A stretch of 32,000 nucleotides of DNA, from the NCBI RefSeq assembly GCF_000025925.1, contig NC_014033.1, positions 780,001 to 812,000 on the forward strand, written 5' to 3'. The stretch is from Xylanibacter ruminicola 23 (GTDB taxonomy: Bacteria; Bacteroidota; Bacteroidia; Bacteroidales; Bacteroidaceae). Every line of letters begins with the position of its first letter. The stretch's first letter is position 1. The notes beneath the pieces are model-generated. The model ran no database searches, was not told the origin of the DNA, and was given only the letters and a program-made list of their open reading frames with translations. Below are positions 23,800 to 32,000 of the stretch, in pieces. Position numbers and translations under genes: made by a program.

Positions 23800-25245
23800 A
23801 TGAAGCAGACAAAAATTGTAGCTAGCATTAGTGACAGAAGATGTGATCAGGATTTCATCCGCAGTCTCTTCGAGGCAGGCATGAATGTAGTGAGAATGAA
23901 CACGGCGCATGCCGATGAACAGGGTATTAAAAACATAATTAATAATGTGCGTAGCGTGAGCCACCACATTGGTATCCTTATCGATACCAAGGGTCCTGAG
24001 GTGCGTACCACCGGATGCCCAGAGCCCATCGCCTATAAAACAGGTGATGTGGTGAAGATTTTCGGTCGCCCCGAAATGGATACCACGCACGACATCATTA
24101 ACCTGTCGTATGCCGACTTTGCTGCCGACGTACACGAGGGTTGTCATATCCTGTTCGACGACGGTGCACTCGACATGAAGGTGATCGGTATCAACGGTCC
24201 AGCTGTAATCGCTCAGGTGCAGAACGACGGTGTGCTGGGTTCGCACAAGAGCGTAAACGTGCCCGGTGTTCACATCGCACTGCCTACGCTGACCGAGAAG
24301 GACCGCAAGAACATTAAACTGGCCATCGACCAGGACATCGACTTTATTGCTCACAGCTTTGTGCGCTCGGCTGCCGACGTGCGTGCCGTGCAGGCTATCC
24401 TGGATGCCTACAACAGCGACATCAAGATTATCTCGAAAATCGAGAACCAGGAGGGTGTGGACAATATCGACGAGATTATCGAGGCTTCGTACGGTATCAT
24501 GATTGCACGTGGCGACTTGGGTATCGAGGTGCCCATCGAGCGTATTCCTGGTATCCAGCGACAGATTATCCGCAAGTGCGTACGCGCTAAGAAGCCTGTA
24601 ATCGTTGCTACACAGATGCTGCACACCATGATTAATAACCCACGCCCCACACGCGCCGAGGTTACTGATATTGCTAATGCTATCTACTATCGCACCGATG
24701 CACTGATGCTGTCGGGCGAGACTGCCAGCGGAAAATATCCTGTAGAGGCCGTTCGCACCATGGCCGCTATCGCCGAACAGGCTGAGAAGGACAAGATGCG
24801 CGAGAACGACATCGAGGTGCCCCTGTCACCAACATGCGATATCCGCGAGTTTATGGCTCACTCGGCTATCGAGGCCACCGAAAAGCTGGGTGTGAAGGGT
24901 ATCATCACCGACGCCAGCTCGGGCGACACCGCTCGCAACCTGGCTGCCTTCCGTGGTCCTAACCCCGTGCTGGCTATCTGCTACAACGATAAACTGCAGC
25001 GTCTGCTGAACCTTTCATATGGTGTAATCCCTGTATTTCAGAAGGAGCATATCGACAACGAGGTGCTGTTCCATGCGGCTGTACGCATGCTGCGCCAGAA
25101 GGGTTACGTGCAGGATGCTGATAAGATTGCCTACCTGAGTGGAAACGTAGGCGAGGGCGGTGGCACCAAGTTCCTGGAGATTAACACCGTGAAGGAGGTG
25201 ATGACCAACCAGTATAAGTTCCACCTGCCACACTCAAATAAATAG
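23800..25245 (+). CDS. pyk: Pyruvate kinase
   Basis: 481 aa ORF with TKIVASI...MNVVRMNTAHA, DTKGPEVRT and GIMIARGDLGIEVP. Confidence 0.95.
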   Translation: MKQTKIVASISDRRCDQDFIRSLFEAGMNVVRMNTAHADEQGIKNIINNVRSVSHHIGILIDTKGPEVRTTGCPEPIAYKTGDVVKIFGRPEMDTTHDIINLSYADFAADVHEGCHILFDDGALDMKVIGINGPAVIAQVQNDGVLGSHKSVNVPGVHIALPTLTEKDRKNIKLAIDQDIDFIAHSFVRSAADVRAVQAILDAYNSDIKIISKIENQEGVDNIDEIIEASYGIMIARGDLGIEVPIERIPGIQRQIIRKCVRAKKPVIVATQMLHTMINNPRPTRAEVTDIANAIYYRTDALMLSGETASGKYPVEAVRTMAAIAEQAEKDKMRENDIEVPLSPTCDIREFMAHSAIEATEKLGVKGIITDASSGDTARNLAAFRGPNPVLAICYNDKLQRLLNLSYGVIPVFQKEHIDNEVLFHAAVRMLRQKGYVQDADKIAYLSGNVGEGGGTKFLEINTVKEVMTNQYKFHLPHSNK

Positions 25246-25269
25246 ACTTTACTTTATAAACTAACATTA

Positions 25270-27360
25270 ATGGATATGAATTTTAAAAGAACACTCATGA
25301 CGATGAGTATCGCAGCTGTGATGCTGCCAACTTTTGCCGCTGACGGACTGCCTAAGGGCGCACCCGATTTCAGCAAGATTAAGGAAACCGACTACCTGCC
25401 TGCCATCGAGAAGGCTATCAAGCTGAAGCGACAGGAGATCAACAAAATTGTAAGCAACAAGCAGAAGCCTACCTTCAAGAACACCATCCTGGCGTTGGAG
25501 AAGAGCGGACTGGAGCTTGACAAATGGCTGAACGTAGCCGAGGGACTGGCCAGCGCACACAAGACGCCCGCCATTGCCGAGGCTGAGAAGAAGTCGACAC
25601 CGCTGCTGACTGAGCTGGAGAACGAGATCTCGTTCAACAAGGCGCTGTTTAAGCGTGTGAAATATGTTTACGACAACGAGTACAAGAACCTGAAGGGCGA
25701 AGACAAGCGCCTGACCGAGGTGGTATATAAGGGTTTTGTACGTTCGGGTGCTCTGCTGGATGATGCCAAGATGGAGCGCATGATGCAGATTAATATGCGT
25801 ATATCGGAGCTGCAGCAGCAGTGGGGCGACATGCTGCCCGCTGCTACCAACAACGCTGTGGTTTGGGTATATAGCAAGGACGAGCTGAAGGGCTTGAGCG
25901 ATGCCGATATTGCCCAGTGCAAGAAGGATGCCGAGACTCGTGGAGGTAAGGCTCCTTACGCTATCGTGATAGTAAACACTACCCAGCAGGCTATCCTGAG
26001 CAGCTTGGAAAACCGCGATCTGCGTCGCCGTGTGTTCGAGGCTTCACGTCATCGTGCCGACGGCTCTGATCAGTACAACACCTTCCCCCTGGTAGTTGAG
26101 ATTGCTAAGCTGCGCGCCGAGAAGGCCGAGCTGATGGGCTATAAGAACTACGCCTCGTACTCGCTGGAGCGTACGATGGCTAAAAACTCTGACAATGTGT
26201 ACAACTTCCTAAAGCAGCTGATTGCTGAGTACACACCAAAGGCCCAGGCCGAAACCAGGGCCATCGAGGAGTTTGCCCGCAAGGAGATGGGACCCAACTT
26301 CAAGCTGCAGCCTTACGACCGTTTCTACTATTCGGCTAAGATGAAGCAGGAGATGCTGAACCTGAGCGACGACGAAGTAAAACCTTACTTTAACATCGAC
26401 AGCGTGATTGTGAACGGTGTGTTCTACGCAGCTCATCGTGTTTACGGTTTGAACTTCGTACAGCGCAAGGATGTGCCTACTTATCACCCCGACATGAAGG
26501 TGTTTGAGGTACGCGATAAGAATGGAAAAATGCTGGCTTTGTTCTATAGCGATCCTTACCGCCGCCCCACCAAGCGCGGCGGTGCCTGGATGAGCGCTTT
26601 TGCCAAGCAGAGCGGCTTGCGCCAGCAGTTGCCTATTATATATAATGTAACCAACTATGCCAAGGCTCCCGAGGGTCAGCCCACGCTGATTACCTGGGAC
26701 GAGGTAACAACACTGTTCCATGAGTTTGGTCACGCCCTGCACGGTATGCTCTCTAACTGTTATTACAACACCCTGAGCGGTACCGCTGTGGCTCGCGACT
26801 TTGTGGAGATGCCATCGCAGTTTAACGAGAGCTTTGCCTCGATTCCTGAGATCTTCGACCACTACGCCAAGCACGCTGTTACCGGTGAGCCTATGCCTGC
26901 CGACCTGAAGGAGAAGATGCTGAAGAGCATTAACTTCCAAACAGCCTACGCCCTGGGCGAGAACCTGGCTGCTACTTGTCTGGATCTGGCTTGGCACCAT
27001 CTTTCAGTAAACGAGATACCTACAGCCGACGACGCTGCGCAGTTCGAAATCGACGCGCTGAAGAAGATCGGTCTTTACGATACCCAGATTCCACCACGCT
27101 ACAGCACTTCTTACTTCAACCACGTTTGGGGCGGAGGTTATGCTGCCGGCTACTACAGCTATCTGTGGACCGAGGTGCTGGCCTGCAACGTAGCCGATAC
27201 CTTTGAGAAGTTGGGCGCCTTGAAACCCGAGACCGGCGATGCCTTCCGAATGAAGGTGCTGAGCCGCGGTAACACCAAGGACCAGATGGAGATGTTTACC
27301 GACTTTACTGGCATGAAGAACCCCGACGCTTCGGGTTTCCTGAAGTATAGAGGTCTGTAA
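25270..27360 (+). CDS. dcp: M3 family peptidyl-dipeptidase (Dcp-like), with signal peptide
   Basis: 696 aa ORF with the zinc motif HEFGHALH and a downstream E (FVEMPSQ). The N-terminus is signal-like (MSIAAVMLPTFAA). Confidence 0.88.
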   Translation: MDMNFKRTLMTMSIAAVMLPTFAADGLPKGAPDFSKIKETDYLPAIEKAIKLKRQEINKIVSNKQKPTFKNTILALEKSGLELDKWLNVAEGLASAHKTPAIAEAEKKSTPLLTELENEISFNKALFKRVKYVYDNEYKNLKGEDKRLTEVVYKGFVRSGALLDDAKMERMMQINMRISELQQQWGDMLPAATNNAVVWVYSKDELKGLSDADIAQCKKDAETRGGKAPYAIVIVNTTQQAILSSLENRDLRRRVFEASRHRADGSDQYNTFPLVVEIAKLRAEKAELMGYKNYASYSLERTMAKNSDNVYNFLKQLIAEYTPKAQAETRAIEEFARKEMGPNFKLQPYDRFYYSAKMKQEMLNLSDDEVKPYFNIDSVIVNGVFYAAHRVYGLNFVQRKDVPTYHPDMKVFEVRDKNGKMLALFYSDPYRRPTKRGGAWMSAFAKQSGLRQQLPIIYNVTNYAKAPEGQPTLITWDEVTTLFHEFGHALHGMLSNCYYNTLSGTAVARDFVEMPSQFNESFASIPEIFDHYAKHAVTGEPMPADLKEKMLKSINFQTAYALGENLAATCLDLAWHHLSVNEIPTADDAAQFEIDALKKIGLYDTQIPPRYSTSYFNHVWGGGYAAGYYSYLWTEVLACNVADTFEKLGALKPETGDAFRMKVLSRGNTKDQMEMFTDFTGMKNPDASGFLKYRGL

Positions 27361-27426
27361 ACCTGCTAGTTGGTTAATAATTCCTAAATGATAGACCCTA
27401 AAAATGGTAATATCAAATAATTGGAG

Positions 27427-27434
27427 TAATTTTG
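27427..27434 (+). promoter_or_regulatory. -7 promoter box (TAATTTTG) for the NifU-like/GGGtGRT pair
   Basis: TAATTTTGTAGGTC lies 56 nt upstream of the ATG at 27490. A perfect 14-bp palindrome, AACATTTAAATGTT (27467-27480), lies between the box and the start. Confidence 0.5.
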
Positions 27435-27489
27435 TAGGTCAAAAAGAAGGATATATTAAGTTGTTTAACATTTAAATGTTTTATTATCA

Positions 27490-28191
27490 ATGATTTATTC
27501 AAAAGAAGTGGAGAACATGTGTAGCGTTTGTAAGGGCGCTTACCATGGACCTGCACCTATCCCCGAGGAGGGCAAATGGGTAGCAGTAAAGGAAATCAAG
27601 GAAATTTCTGGTTACACCCACGGTATTGGCTGGTGCGCACCTCAGCAGGGTGCCTGCAAGCTGAGCCTGAACGTTAAGGACGGTGTAATCCAGGAGGCTC
27701 TTGTTGAGACCATCGGATGTACTGGTATGACTCACTCAGCTGCTATGGCTTCTGAGATTCTGCCTGGTAAGACCATCCTCGAGGCTCTGAACACAGACCT
27801 CGTTTGCGATGCTATCAACACCGCTATGCGCGAGCTCTTCCTGCAGATTGTTTACGGACGTACACAGAGTGCTTTCTCTGAGGGCGGTCTGGCTATCGGC
27901 GCTGGTCTTGAGGACCTCGGTAAGGGTCTTCGCTCACAGACTGGTACACTTTATGGCACCGTTGCTAAGGGTACACGTTACCTCGAGCTCACTGAGGGTT
28001 ACATCACAAAGCAGTACCTCGACGCTAACAACGAGGTTTGCGGTTACGAGTATGTACACCTCGGCAAGATGATGGAGGCCATCAAGAACGGTATGGACGC
28101 CAACGAGGCTATGAAGAAGTTCACTGGTTCTTACGGTCGTACAACCGAGGAGCAGGGTGCAGTTAAGGCAATTGATCCACGTAAAGAATAA
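27490..28191 (+). CDS. NifU/IscU N-terminal-like Fe-S scaffold-like protein (partner of GGGtGRT protein)
   Basis: 233 aa ORF with Cys-containing motifs (CSVCKG, GWCAPQQGACKLSL, IGCTGMTHSAAMASE) arranged as in IscU-like domains. An alternative start is the ATG at 27517. Confidence 0.65.
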   Translation: MIYSKEVENMCSVCKGAYHGPAPIPEEGKWVAVKEIKEISGYTHGIGWCAPQQGACKLSLNVKDGVIQEALVETIGCTGMTHSAAMASEILPGKTILEALNTDLVCDAINTAMRELFLQIVYGRTQSAFSEGGLAIGAGLEDLGKGLRSQTGTLYGTVAKGTRYLELTEGYITKQYLDANNEVCGYEYVHLGKMMEAIKNGMDANEAMKKFTGSYGRTTEEQGAVKAIDPRKE

Positions 28192-28206
28192 TAGGAGGAT
28201 ACGACA

Positions 28207-29223
28207 ATGATTAGAAAAGTACAGTTTGAGAGTCAGGAGCGCCGTATCAACCAGGTTCTTGCTGCTCTGAAGGAGAATGGCATCAACTCTATCGAGGAGG
28301 CCAATGAGATTTGTGAAAAGGCTGGTATCGATCCATATCAGATGTGTGAGGACACACAGCTGATCTGCTTCGAGAACGCTAAATGGGCATATGTTTGTGG
28401 TGCTGCTATCGCCATCAAGAAGGGCGTTAAGACTGCTGCCGAGGCTGCTGAGGCCATCGGTATCGGTCTGCAGAGCTTCTGTATCCCCGGATCAGTAGCC
28501 GACGATCGTAAGGTAGGTATCGGTCACGGTAACCTCGCCGCTCGTCTGCTCCGTGAGGAGACTGAGTGCTTCGCTTTCCTCGCTGGTCACGAGAGCTTCG
28601 CTGCTGCTGAGGGTGCTATCAAGATTGCTGAGATGGCTAACAAGGTTCGTAAGAATCCTCTTCGCGTTATCCTGAACGGTCTTGGTAAGGACGCTGCTCA
28701 GATCATCAGCCGTATCAACGGTTTCACATACGTACAGACTAAGTTCGATTACTTCACTGGTGATCTGAACGTGGTTAAGGAGGTTCCTTATGGTAACAAC
28801 CCAAGCCGTCTGAAGGTTAAGTGCTATGGCGCTGACGACGTACGTGAGGGTGTAGCTATCCTGTGGAAGGAGAACGTAGATGTATCAATCACTGGTAACT
28901 CTACAAACCCAACACGTTTCCAGCACCCAGTAGCTGGTACTTACAAGAAGGAGCGCGTACTCGCTGGTAAGCCTTACTTCTCAGTAGCTTCTGGTGGTGG
29001 TACCGGTCGTACTCTGCACCCAGATAACATGGCTGCTGGTCCTGCTTCTTACGGTATGACCGACACCATGGGCCGTATGCACTCTGACGCTCAGTTCGCT
29101 GGTTCTTCATCAGTACCTGCACACGTTGAGATGATGGGATTCCTGGGTATGGGTAACAACCCAATGGTAGGTGCTACTGTTTCTGTAGCAGTTGCTATCG
29201 ACCTCGCCCTGAACAAAAAGTAA
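28207..29223 (+). CDS. GGGtGRT family protein (conserved, function unknown)
   Basis: 338 aa ORF that contains the eponymous VASGGGTGRTLHPD motif. It is preceded by an AGGAGG Shine-Dalgarno-like site 8 nt from the ATG. Confidence 0.85.
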   Translation: MIRKVQFESQERRINQVLAALKENGINSIEEANEICEKAGIDPYQMCEDTQLICFENAKWAYVCGAAIAIKKGVKTAAEAAEAIGIGLQSFCIPGSVADDRKVGIGHGNLAARLLREETECFAFLAGHESFAAAEGAIKIAEMANKVRKNPLRVILNGLGKDAAQIISRINGFTYVQTKFDYFTGDLNVVKEVPYGNNPSRLKVKCYGADDVREGVAILWKENVDVSITGNSTNPTRFQHPVAGTYKKERVLAGKPYFSVASGGGTGRTLHPDNMAAGPASYGMTDTMGRMHSDAQFAGSSSVPAHVEMMGFLGMGNNPMVGATVSVAVAIDLALNKK

Positions 29224-29249
29224 TTTATTTACTTGAGATATTAAAATTT

Positions 29250-29281
29250 AAGCCTCGCCAATCGGCGGGGCTTATTTTTTG
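29250..29281 (+). terminator. Intrinsic terminator
   Basis: AAGCCTCGCC / GGCGGGGCTT form a hairpin followed by ATTTTTTG. Confidence 0.8.
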
Positions 29282-29307
29282 TTGTTATCAGCAAGAGGGC
29301 GTAGGGC

Positions 29308-29838
29308 TTACTGTACCTTGGTCATGTGATAACCCATGCGCTTAAGCTGTACGGCAGCTCCCATCAGGTAAAGCTGGTGCAGACAGCTCACATAACCGTT
29401 GAAAGCCTCTTTGGTGCCGGGCTCCAGGTGCTGGTGCATCAGTGCGTTGTAAACACGCTGGGCGCACTCGCCGGTAAGTTTTTCAAGAGCGCTGTAATCG
29501 TCGCCCTGCAGCAGGAGTACTTCCTCACGGATGTATTCGTCCATCGCATCGTAGCCGCGCTTGTCGCGCATGTAAGCATACAGGTCTTCTACCTTCGAGT
29601 AGATCTCCCATTCGGTATCCCACATCTTGGCTACGGCCAGACCGATATACATCATCCAACCCAACGAGGCCGAAGGATAAGCCTGGAACTCGCGAATGCC
29701 ATCGGGGATATAAGCCTTGGCTATCTCCTCCCACTTGTCTTCTACATCGGGGCACTCGGGCAGGCGCTCATCTACCTCGTTCAAACTCTGCAGAAACTGG
29801 TGCAGATCATTACGTAATTGTTCTTCAAATTTTTCCAT
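29308..29838 (-). CDS. Hypothetical protein (176 aa)
   Basis: The ORF is trimmed to MEKFEEQL because the longer track ORF (to 30108) overlaps the divergent dehydrogenase gene and its promoter. A -7 box lies at 29847-29854, only 8 nt (cacccgaa) upstream of the ATG. Confidence 0.6.
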   Translation of the reverse strand: MEKFEEQLRNDLHQFLQSLNEVDERLPECPDVEDKWEEIAKAYIPDGIREFQAYPSASLGWMMYIGLAVAKMWDTEWEIYSKVEDLYAYMRDKRGYDAMDEYIREEVLLLQGDDYSALEKLTGECAQRVYNALMHQHLEPGTKEAFNGYVSCLHQLYLMGAAVQLKRMGYHMTKVQ

Positions 29839-29846
29839 TTCGGGTG

Positions 29847-29854
29847 CAAAATTA
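29847..29854 (-). promoter_or_regulatory. -7 promoter box (TAATTTTG)
   Basis: Reverse complement reads TAATTTTGCACCCGAAATG, which implies a very short or absent 5-prime UTR. Confidence 0.5.
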
Positions 29855-29886
29855 ATTCTTTTCTGGCAAATTACAAAAAAAAATTG

Positions 29887-29894
29887 TATCTTTG
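29887..29894 (+). promoter_or_regulatory. -7 promoter box (TATCTTTG)
   Basis: TATCTTTGCACCAAA lies 21 nt upstream of the ATG at 29915. Confidence 0.6.
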
Positions 29895-29914
29895 CACCAA
29901 ATTCTAACACAACA

Positions 29915-30859
29915 ATGAAAATAGTAATTCTTGACGGGTACACAGCTAATCCTGGCGATTTGTCGTGGAACGAGCTGGAGAAGTTGGGCGATGTTACGGT
30001 GTATGAGCGTACGGCGCCCCAGGAGACGGTAGTACGTGCGGCCGAGGCCGACGTGGTGTTAACCAACAAGGTGCTGATAACCAGCGAGGTGATGGCACAG
30101 TTGCCCAAGCTGAAGTATATCGGCGTGCTGGCAACAGGCTACAACGTGGTGGATATCAAGGCGGCACACGAGCGCGACATTGTGGTAACCAACGTGCCGG
30201 CTTACAGCACCGAGAGCGTGGCACAGATGGTGTTCTCGCATCTGCTTACGGTAACTAACCGAACAGAGCATTATGCCCAGCAGAACCGCGAGGGCAAGTG
30301 GAGTAGGAGTAAGGACTTCTGCTACTGGGATGCCCCACTGACCGAGCTGGCCGGTAAGACATTCGGCATTGTAGGTTTGGGAAATATCGGTATGCGTGTG
30401 GCCCAGATTGCGCTGGCTTTCGGTATGAAGGTAAAGGCGCTGAGCAGTAAAGAGGTGCTGCCTGCCGGTATCGAGAAAGTAAATCTGGATGAGTTGCTGG
30501 CTACCAGCGATGTGCTGTCGCTGCACTGTCCGTTAACCGACAGCACGCGTCACCTTATTAATAAAGAGAGTCTGAAGAAGATGAAGCCATCGGCCATCCT
30601 GATTAATACCGGTCGCGGACCGCTGATTGACGACGATGCTGTGGCTGAAGCGCTGGAAGAAGGACGCCTGGGTGCCTTCTGCGCTGATGTGATGACCGTT
30701 GAACCGCCTGCTGCTGATAATAAACTGCAGAAGCAGCCCAACGCTTATATCACGCCGCACATTGCTTGGGCAAGCACCGAAGCAAGAGTGCGACTGATAC
30801 AGGTAGCAACCGAAAATGTACGTTGCTTTATTAGCGGAAAACCACAGAATATGGTTTAG
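29915..30859 (+). CDS. D-isomer-specific 2-hydroxyacid dehydrogenase (glycerate dehydrogenase-like)
   Basis: 314 aa from MKIVILDGY. It has the NAD-binding GIVGLGNIGMRVA, then LINTGRGPLID and TPHIAWAS. The upstream part of the track ORF (29717-) is antisense to the neighbouring gene. Confidence 0.88.
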   Translation: MKIVILDGYTANPGDLSWNELEKLGDVTVYERTAPQETVVRAAEADVVLTNKVLITSEVMAQLPKLKYIGVLATGYNVVDIKAAHERDIVVTNVPAYSTESVAQMVFSHLLTVTNRTEHYAQQNREGKWSRSKDFCYWDAPLTELAGKTFGIVGLGNIGMRVAQIALAFGMKVKALSSKEVLPAGIEKVNLDELLATSDVLSLHCPLTDSTRHLINKESLKKMKPSAILINTGRGPLIDDDAVAEALEEGRLGAFCADVMTVEPPAADNKLQKQPNAYITPHIAWASTEARVRLIQVATENVRCFISGKPQNMV

Positions 30860-31161
30860 ATCTCGAAATCGAGGCAGGAGCGCTGAACGGTGTAAGGACG
30901 AACCTTACCGTTGGCTACGGCTACATGCTCGGGGTGAACGGCATAGCCCTTCAGCGCTTCTTCGCTTTCGAGCGTGCTGTCGAGCATCACGTCGGCATTT
31001 GATGAAGCCAGACGGCCATCGATATGAACCTTAACATCAAGCAGCCCCGGTACCTTACCTACCAATCCCTCAAGACCAGCCTTGATACCTGCCTTAACGG
31101 TCTGCTTCTCCTCTTCACTCAGTTCTGGATTCAATGTCCAAAGAATAATATGCTTTACCAT
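30856..31161 (-). CDS. Dabb (stress-responsive alpha/beta barrel) family protein
   Basis: 101 aa ORF. MVKHIILWTL...HPEHVAV pattern is typical of Dabb domains. Confidence 0.8.
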   Translation of the reverse strand: MVKHIILWTLNPELSEEEKQTVKAGIKAGLEGLVGKVPGLLDVKVHIDGRLASSNADVMLDSTLESEEALKGYAVHPEHVAVANGKVRPYTVQRSCLDFEI

Positions 31162-31189
31162 AACCTAAATAATTAATGTTTGTTAGGTG

Positions 31190-31197
31190 CAAAAATA
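31190..31197 (-). promoter_or_regulatory. -7 promoter box (TATTTTTG)
   Basis: Reverse complement reads TATTTTTGCACC, about 29 nt upstream of the ATG at 31161. Confidence 0.5.
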
Positions 31198-31260
31198 GGC
31201 AAAATAATCTGTTTGGCAAAGAAATTTGCCGAAAACAAAGCACAATTCAAGGATTTTTAG

Positions 31261-31268
31261 TAAATTTG
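31261..31268 (+). promoter_or_regulatory. -7 promoter box (TAAATTTG) for ettA
   Basis: TAAATTTGCGCCAAA lies 30 nt upstream of the ATG at 31298. Confidence 0.55.
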
Positions 31269-31297
31269 CGCCAAATAACAAAAATCAATAAATCAAT

Positions 31298-32000
31298 ATG
31301 GCAACAGTTGACGACAAGAAAGTGATTTTCTCGATGGTTGGCGTGAGCAAAACTATCCAGCAAAATCAGAAACAAGTACTCAAAAACATCTACCTGAGCT
31401 TTTTCTATGGCGCTAAGATTGGTATCATCGGTTTGAATGGTGCCGGTAAATCTACGTTGATGAAGATTATCGCCGGACTGGATCAGCAGTATCAGGGAAA
31501 CGTGGTGTGGAGCCCGGGCTACAGTGTGGGTTATCTGCCACAGGAACCACCTTTGAACGAGGAGAAAACGGTAAAGGAGAACGTGATGGAAGGCGTGCAG
31601 CACGTGTACGATGCGCTGGCCGAGTACGACGAGATAAACGTAAAGTTCGGATTACCAGAATATTACGAGGATGCCGATAAGATGGATAAGCTGATGCAGC
31701 GTCAGGCTGAACTGCAGGATATCATCGACGCTACCGATGCCTGGAATATGGACTCGAAGCTGGATCGCGCGATGGCTGCTCTGAACTGTCCTCCTGGCGA
31801 TTGGAGCGTGAAGAACCTCTCGGGTGGTGAGCGCCGCCGTGTGGCTTTGTGCCGCTTGTTGCTGCAGAAGCCTGATGTGTTGTTGCTCGATGAGCCTACC
31901 AACCATCTGGATGCTGAGAGTATTGACTGGTTGGAGCAGCACCTGCAGCAGTACGAGGGTACGGTGATTGCCGTTACGCACGACCGTTACTTCCTGGACG
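31298..32000 (+). CDS. ettA: Energy-dependent translational throttle protein EttA (ABC-F ATPase), 5-prime partial (runs off the window)
   Basis: It is not in the ORF track because there is no stop in the window. The translation is [18 protein letters not shown]...GLNGAGKST (Walker A)...LSGGERRRV (signature)...[11 protein letters not shown] (Walker B). Confidence 0.9.
   Translation, partial: MATVDDKKVIFSMVGVSKTIQQNQKQVLKNIYLSFFYGAKIGIIGLNGAGKSTLMKIIAGLDQQYQGNVVWSPGYSVGYLPQEPPLNEEKTVKENVMEGVQHVYDALAEYDEINVKFGLPEYYEDADKMDKLMQRQAELQDIIDATDAWNMDSKLDRAMAALNCPPGDWSVKNLSGGERRRVALCRLLLQKPDVLLLDEPTNHLDAESIDWLEQHLQQYEGTVIAVTHDRYFLD

Noticed and set aside
22111-27000. Antisense ORFs 22111-23088 (+, 325 aa), 23725-24624 (-, 299 aa) and 26209-27000 (-, 263 aa)
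   Set aside because: They lie opposite rng, pyk and dcp respectively. These are shadow ORFs of GC-balanced genes.
29326-30526. ORFs 29326-29817 (+) and 30059-30526 (-), and the long N-terminal extensions of 29308-30108 and 29717-30859
   Set aside because: The extensions overlap each other and the divergent promoter pair (29847-29854 and 29887-29894). Trimming to MEKFEEQL and MKIVILDGY gives non-overlapping genes with promoters at normal distance.
30856-30859. 4-nt overlap of the convergent stop codons of the dehydrogenase and Dabb genes (TTAG), with no terminator between them
   Set aside because: It is real in the sequence but is a common compact arrangement. There is no evidence of a special function.
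31247-31981. Minus-strand ORFs 31247-31603 and 31652-31981
   Set aside because: They are antisense to the clearly recognisable ettA reading frame, which is absent from the track only because it lacks a stop within the window.
1-32000. tRNA, rRNA, tmRNA and CRISPR arrays
   Set aside because: I scanned the intergenic regions by eye for T-arm (GGTTCGAATCC-like) signatures and regularly spaced repeats and found none. A tRNAscan-SE/Infernal run would be needed to be certain.

Overview
This looks like a chromosomal segment from a Bacteroidota genome, judged from about 20 TAnnTTTG -7 promoter boxes about 20-40 nt upstream of start codons, the near absence of Shine-Dalgarno sites, and the gene content. 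Prevotella/Segatella-like is only a guess. Most of the window (about 6.4-32 kb, visibly about 50% GC) is ordinary core metabolism and housekeeping. It includes a GT3 glycogen synthase, GT35 alpha-glucan phosphorylase, prs, fabD, a GH13 amylase, an AlaX-like editing protein, a hybrid histidine kinase, a GT2 glycosyltransferase, RNase G, HU, pyruvate kinase, the Dcp peptidase, a NifU-like/GGGtGRT pair, a 2-hydroxyacid dehydrogenase, a Dabb protein and a partial ettA. The interesting part is the left end. A visibly AT-rich segment of about 5.8 kb (about 458-6252; mid-30s % GC by eye, not computed) sits directly after a NUDIX gene. It is bracketed by a perfect 27-bp direct repeat (431-457 and 6253-6279). 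That repeat is the terminator hairpin of two homologous small minus-strand transcription units. The segment carries one plus-strand operon: a small HTH-like protein, a putative PD-(D/E)xK restriction endonuclease translationally coupled to a C5 cytosine methyltransferase with an unexplained C-terminal domain of about 150 aa, a 2-TM coiled-coil protein, and an HNH_2-type nuclease. At its left edge is a complete promoter, then a 2 x ~77-nt tandem repeat, then an intrinsic terminator, with no ORF, which I call a candidate novel ncRNA. I saw no integrase, transposase, tRNA, rRNA or CRISPR array. Other oddities are a stop-rich heptamer repeat (ACATTAA) found in two intergenic spacers and once in frame inside the glycogen synthase gene, a 200-bp CACGG/CCGTG palindromic element between convergent genes, and a 29-aa very basic ORF below the ORF-track cutoff. 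All functional calls come from motif recognition by eye; no database search was possible.
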